DNA from: Lama guanicoe
Lineage: Eukaryota
Direction of reading: 5' to 3'
Assembly: GCA_013239625.1 (NCBI GenBank)
Contig: MU054338.1
Coordinates: forward strand, 1,738,001-1,802,000
Length of the DNA: 64,000 nucleotides
Program-made: the position numbers and the translations under genes
Notes under the pieces: model-generated
What the model was told of the DNA's origin: nothing
The model's input: the letters and a program-made list of their open reading frames with translations, nothing else
Databases searched by the model: none
In this document: in pieces, positions 61,824 through 64,000 of the stretch
Layout: every line of letters starts with the position of its first letter
Position numbering within the stretch: position 1 is the first letter of the stretch

Positions 61824-62906
61824 GTGGGTGTGTGGTGGAGGCCGGGGGTCGGTCTGCAGCGGGCCCCTCACTGTCGCATTCTTCATCCAGCGGCACCACG
61901 GACACGGTGATGCCCTCAGACCCCGCAGACTGTGCCGCATGAAGAGCAGAAACGTGAGCTCAGGGCCCTAGTGGCGGGAAGTCCGGGACCAGGCTGTCAG
62001 CACGGCTAGTTAAGCAAGTGTACGCTTTAAAAGTTTTCTTTTAAAAAAAAAAAGGAAAAGGGCGAAAGGAATGTTGCCCCTGGGGCCCGATGACTGCCGG
62101 TGATGAGAACTGGAGGGAAGCGCTGGGTCCGGTAGCGCGGAGCCCAGTGAGGAGGCTGCGGGGCTGCCGCCCCCCTCAGTGGAGGTACTGGCCCCGCAAG
62201 TCCAGGTGATTCCCCCCATAGGCCCTCAGGGCAAAGGCAGGCTCACCCTGGGATGCCTCGGCCCCCAGCCTGGCCTCCGGGGCATACCGGCTGCCCATCT
62301 GCTGTGCTCTGCCTTCTCGCCGTCAGGCAGTCCTTTCTCCTGAGAGCGGGGCTCTGATGGCTGCACAGGATCGCGTCAGGCACCTGACCAGGCTGTACGG
62401 CCATCACCACTGCCCGTCCTGGAACATCTCCATCGCCCCAGAAAGATCCTGCATGCCCCTTTGCAGTCACTCCCTCCTCCGCCTCCCCAGCCCCTGACAA
62501 CCAGGCCCCTCCCTGTGTCTGCGGACTGGCCTGTTCTGGACGTCTCACATCCATGGACTCACACACTGTCCTTCTGTGTCTGCTTCTCTCACTGAGCATC
62601 GTGCTCTCAGGGTCTGTCCCTGTGCTAAGATTTTCTCCTGTTTTTTCCCCCTAGTTTTGTAGGTTTAGCTCTCCTGTTTGGTGTCCTCCATTATGATTGA
62701 GGGTAGGGGGTCACCCACTCACAGACCAGCAGCAGCTCAGGGCAAGTCGGCATGTGTCCATCTGCTGGCTGGAGCCCTCGTGCCCCTCAGCCCCATTCTC
62801 GCCCCCTCACCTCTTCTCGCTTCTGCACCGTCAGCTCACGCATCCCTTCCCATTCCCGCAACACTCCTCTGCCAGCAACCCTCATGGCCCCTCGGTTCCC
62901 TCAGGT

Positions 62907-63039
62907 GTTTTTTTTTTTTTTTTGTAATAAGGCAGCTTTTTATTTTTTATTATTATTTTTGATGGAGGTACCGGAGCTTGAACCCAGGACCTCGTGCATG
63001 CTAAACACATGCTCTACCACTGAGCTGTAACCTCCCCCC
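62907..63039 (-). mobile_element. tRNA-derived SINE in THOP1 intron 9
   Basis: Reverse-complement SINE head with poly(T). Confidence 0.85.
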
Positions 63040-63732
63040 ACCACAGGGCAGTCTTGATACAGTTGACTCTCATTGTCTGAGGCAGTTCTGTTTTCTAAAA
63101 TCACTGAGGACACTGAGCAAGGGAGGACATGGGGACCGGGCTCCTGTGAGCCACTGTCACCACACTGTCACAGCCGTTCCATCAGTGTCATGTGATTGTT
63201 CACTTCTGTTTAAAGACACCTTTTCTGCTGTGAGTTGTGGATTTCCTCACACTGAGCTCCTGGCTGGCAGGGCTGCAACTCTAGCCCAAACCAAGCTCAT
63301 CTGACACTTGGATTTTCTCAGAGGACAGCATCGCCCTCCTGCACGGGGGACACTGGCCAGTGGAAGAGGGGTGCATTTTAGATACAGAATCACCCACCAG
63401 AACAGAATCGGAAAGGTCAGGGTGCTCAGTAGACTGTGAAAAGGACGCTTGTTTGCAGTGAGCTGGAACCAGAGGTGGGCGTCGAATGACCCTGGCGCCA
63501 CCCGACGGGGCGAGTTCACACTCAGGCCTGGGGAGGACGCGCCGCGGGCGGCTCCTTGGCTGCAAGGCGGGGCTTCAGCTGCACCCCAGCGGTTATCCGG
63601 GGAAGAAGTGCCCAGGCACCGTCGTCCAGACTCCCGTCTCTGGGCCTTTTCCCTTGGGCGTACAGGGCTTTCTGAGGGCATTGGCTGCGTGGGTGGGGTC
63701 ACCGCCGCCGCAGCTCCGCCCCGCCCCCACAG

Positions 63733-63919
63733 GCAGAGTTCGCCATGTTCAGCGGGACGCATGTGGAGCGGGACTTCGTGGAGGCGCCTTCGCAGATGCT
63801 GGAGAACTGGGTGTGGGAGGCGGAGCCGCTGCTCCGGATGTCCCAGCACTACCGCACGGGCACTGCGCTCCCCCAGGAGCTGTTGGACAAGCTCATCAAG
63901 TCCCGGCAGGCCAACACCG
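63733..63919 (+). CDS. THOP1: THOP1 exon 10 ([29 protein letters not shown]...); the gene continues beyond the window
   Basis: DFVEAPSQ motif with the third zinc ligand; CAG|...|GTGCGC, 187 nt. Confidence 0.96.
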
Positions 63920-64000
63920 GTGCGCAGCGCCCGCCCCCCGTCACCCTGTGCCGCACCGCCCCTCCTCACCCCGCACCCCAACGCGCTTGCCTTCCATCGT

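Noticed and set aside
61889..61909. RE1-like GCGGCACCACGGACACGG in THOP1 intron 9
   Set aside because: Two mismatches at core positions
1..64000. CRISPR array, prokaryotic operon or defence system
   Set aside because: The window is mammalian with spliced genes; no repeat-spacer array or bacterial-type ORFs were seen

Overview
Mammalian, GC-rich, intron-containing DNA with the gene order DIRAS1(-), SLC39A3/ZIP3(-), SGTA(-), THOP1(+), the same order as human 19p13.3. Multiple tRNA-Ala-derived SINEs of the Vic-1 type suggest a camelid genome. I could assemble complete reading frames for DIRAS1 (198 aa), SLC39A3 (313 aa, 2 coding exons) and SGTA (313 aa, 10 coding exons). THOP1 exons 1-10 are present and the gene runs off the right edge. 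The rest is CpG-island promoters, one 152-nt N gap and interspersed repeats (SINE, L1, MaLR/LTR, MER20). I found no new protein-coding system. The most notable oddities are a near-perfect 1.2-kb tandem duplication over the SGTA terminal-exon acceptor (possibly an assembly artefact), a GC-AG intron in THOP1, two uORFs and REST-like sites at SLC39A3, a possible SLC39A3-to-DIRAS1 read-through, and old repeat copies sharing GC-rich derived states. Repeat family names come from recalled consensus and were not computed.
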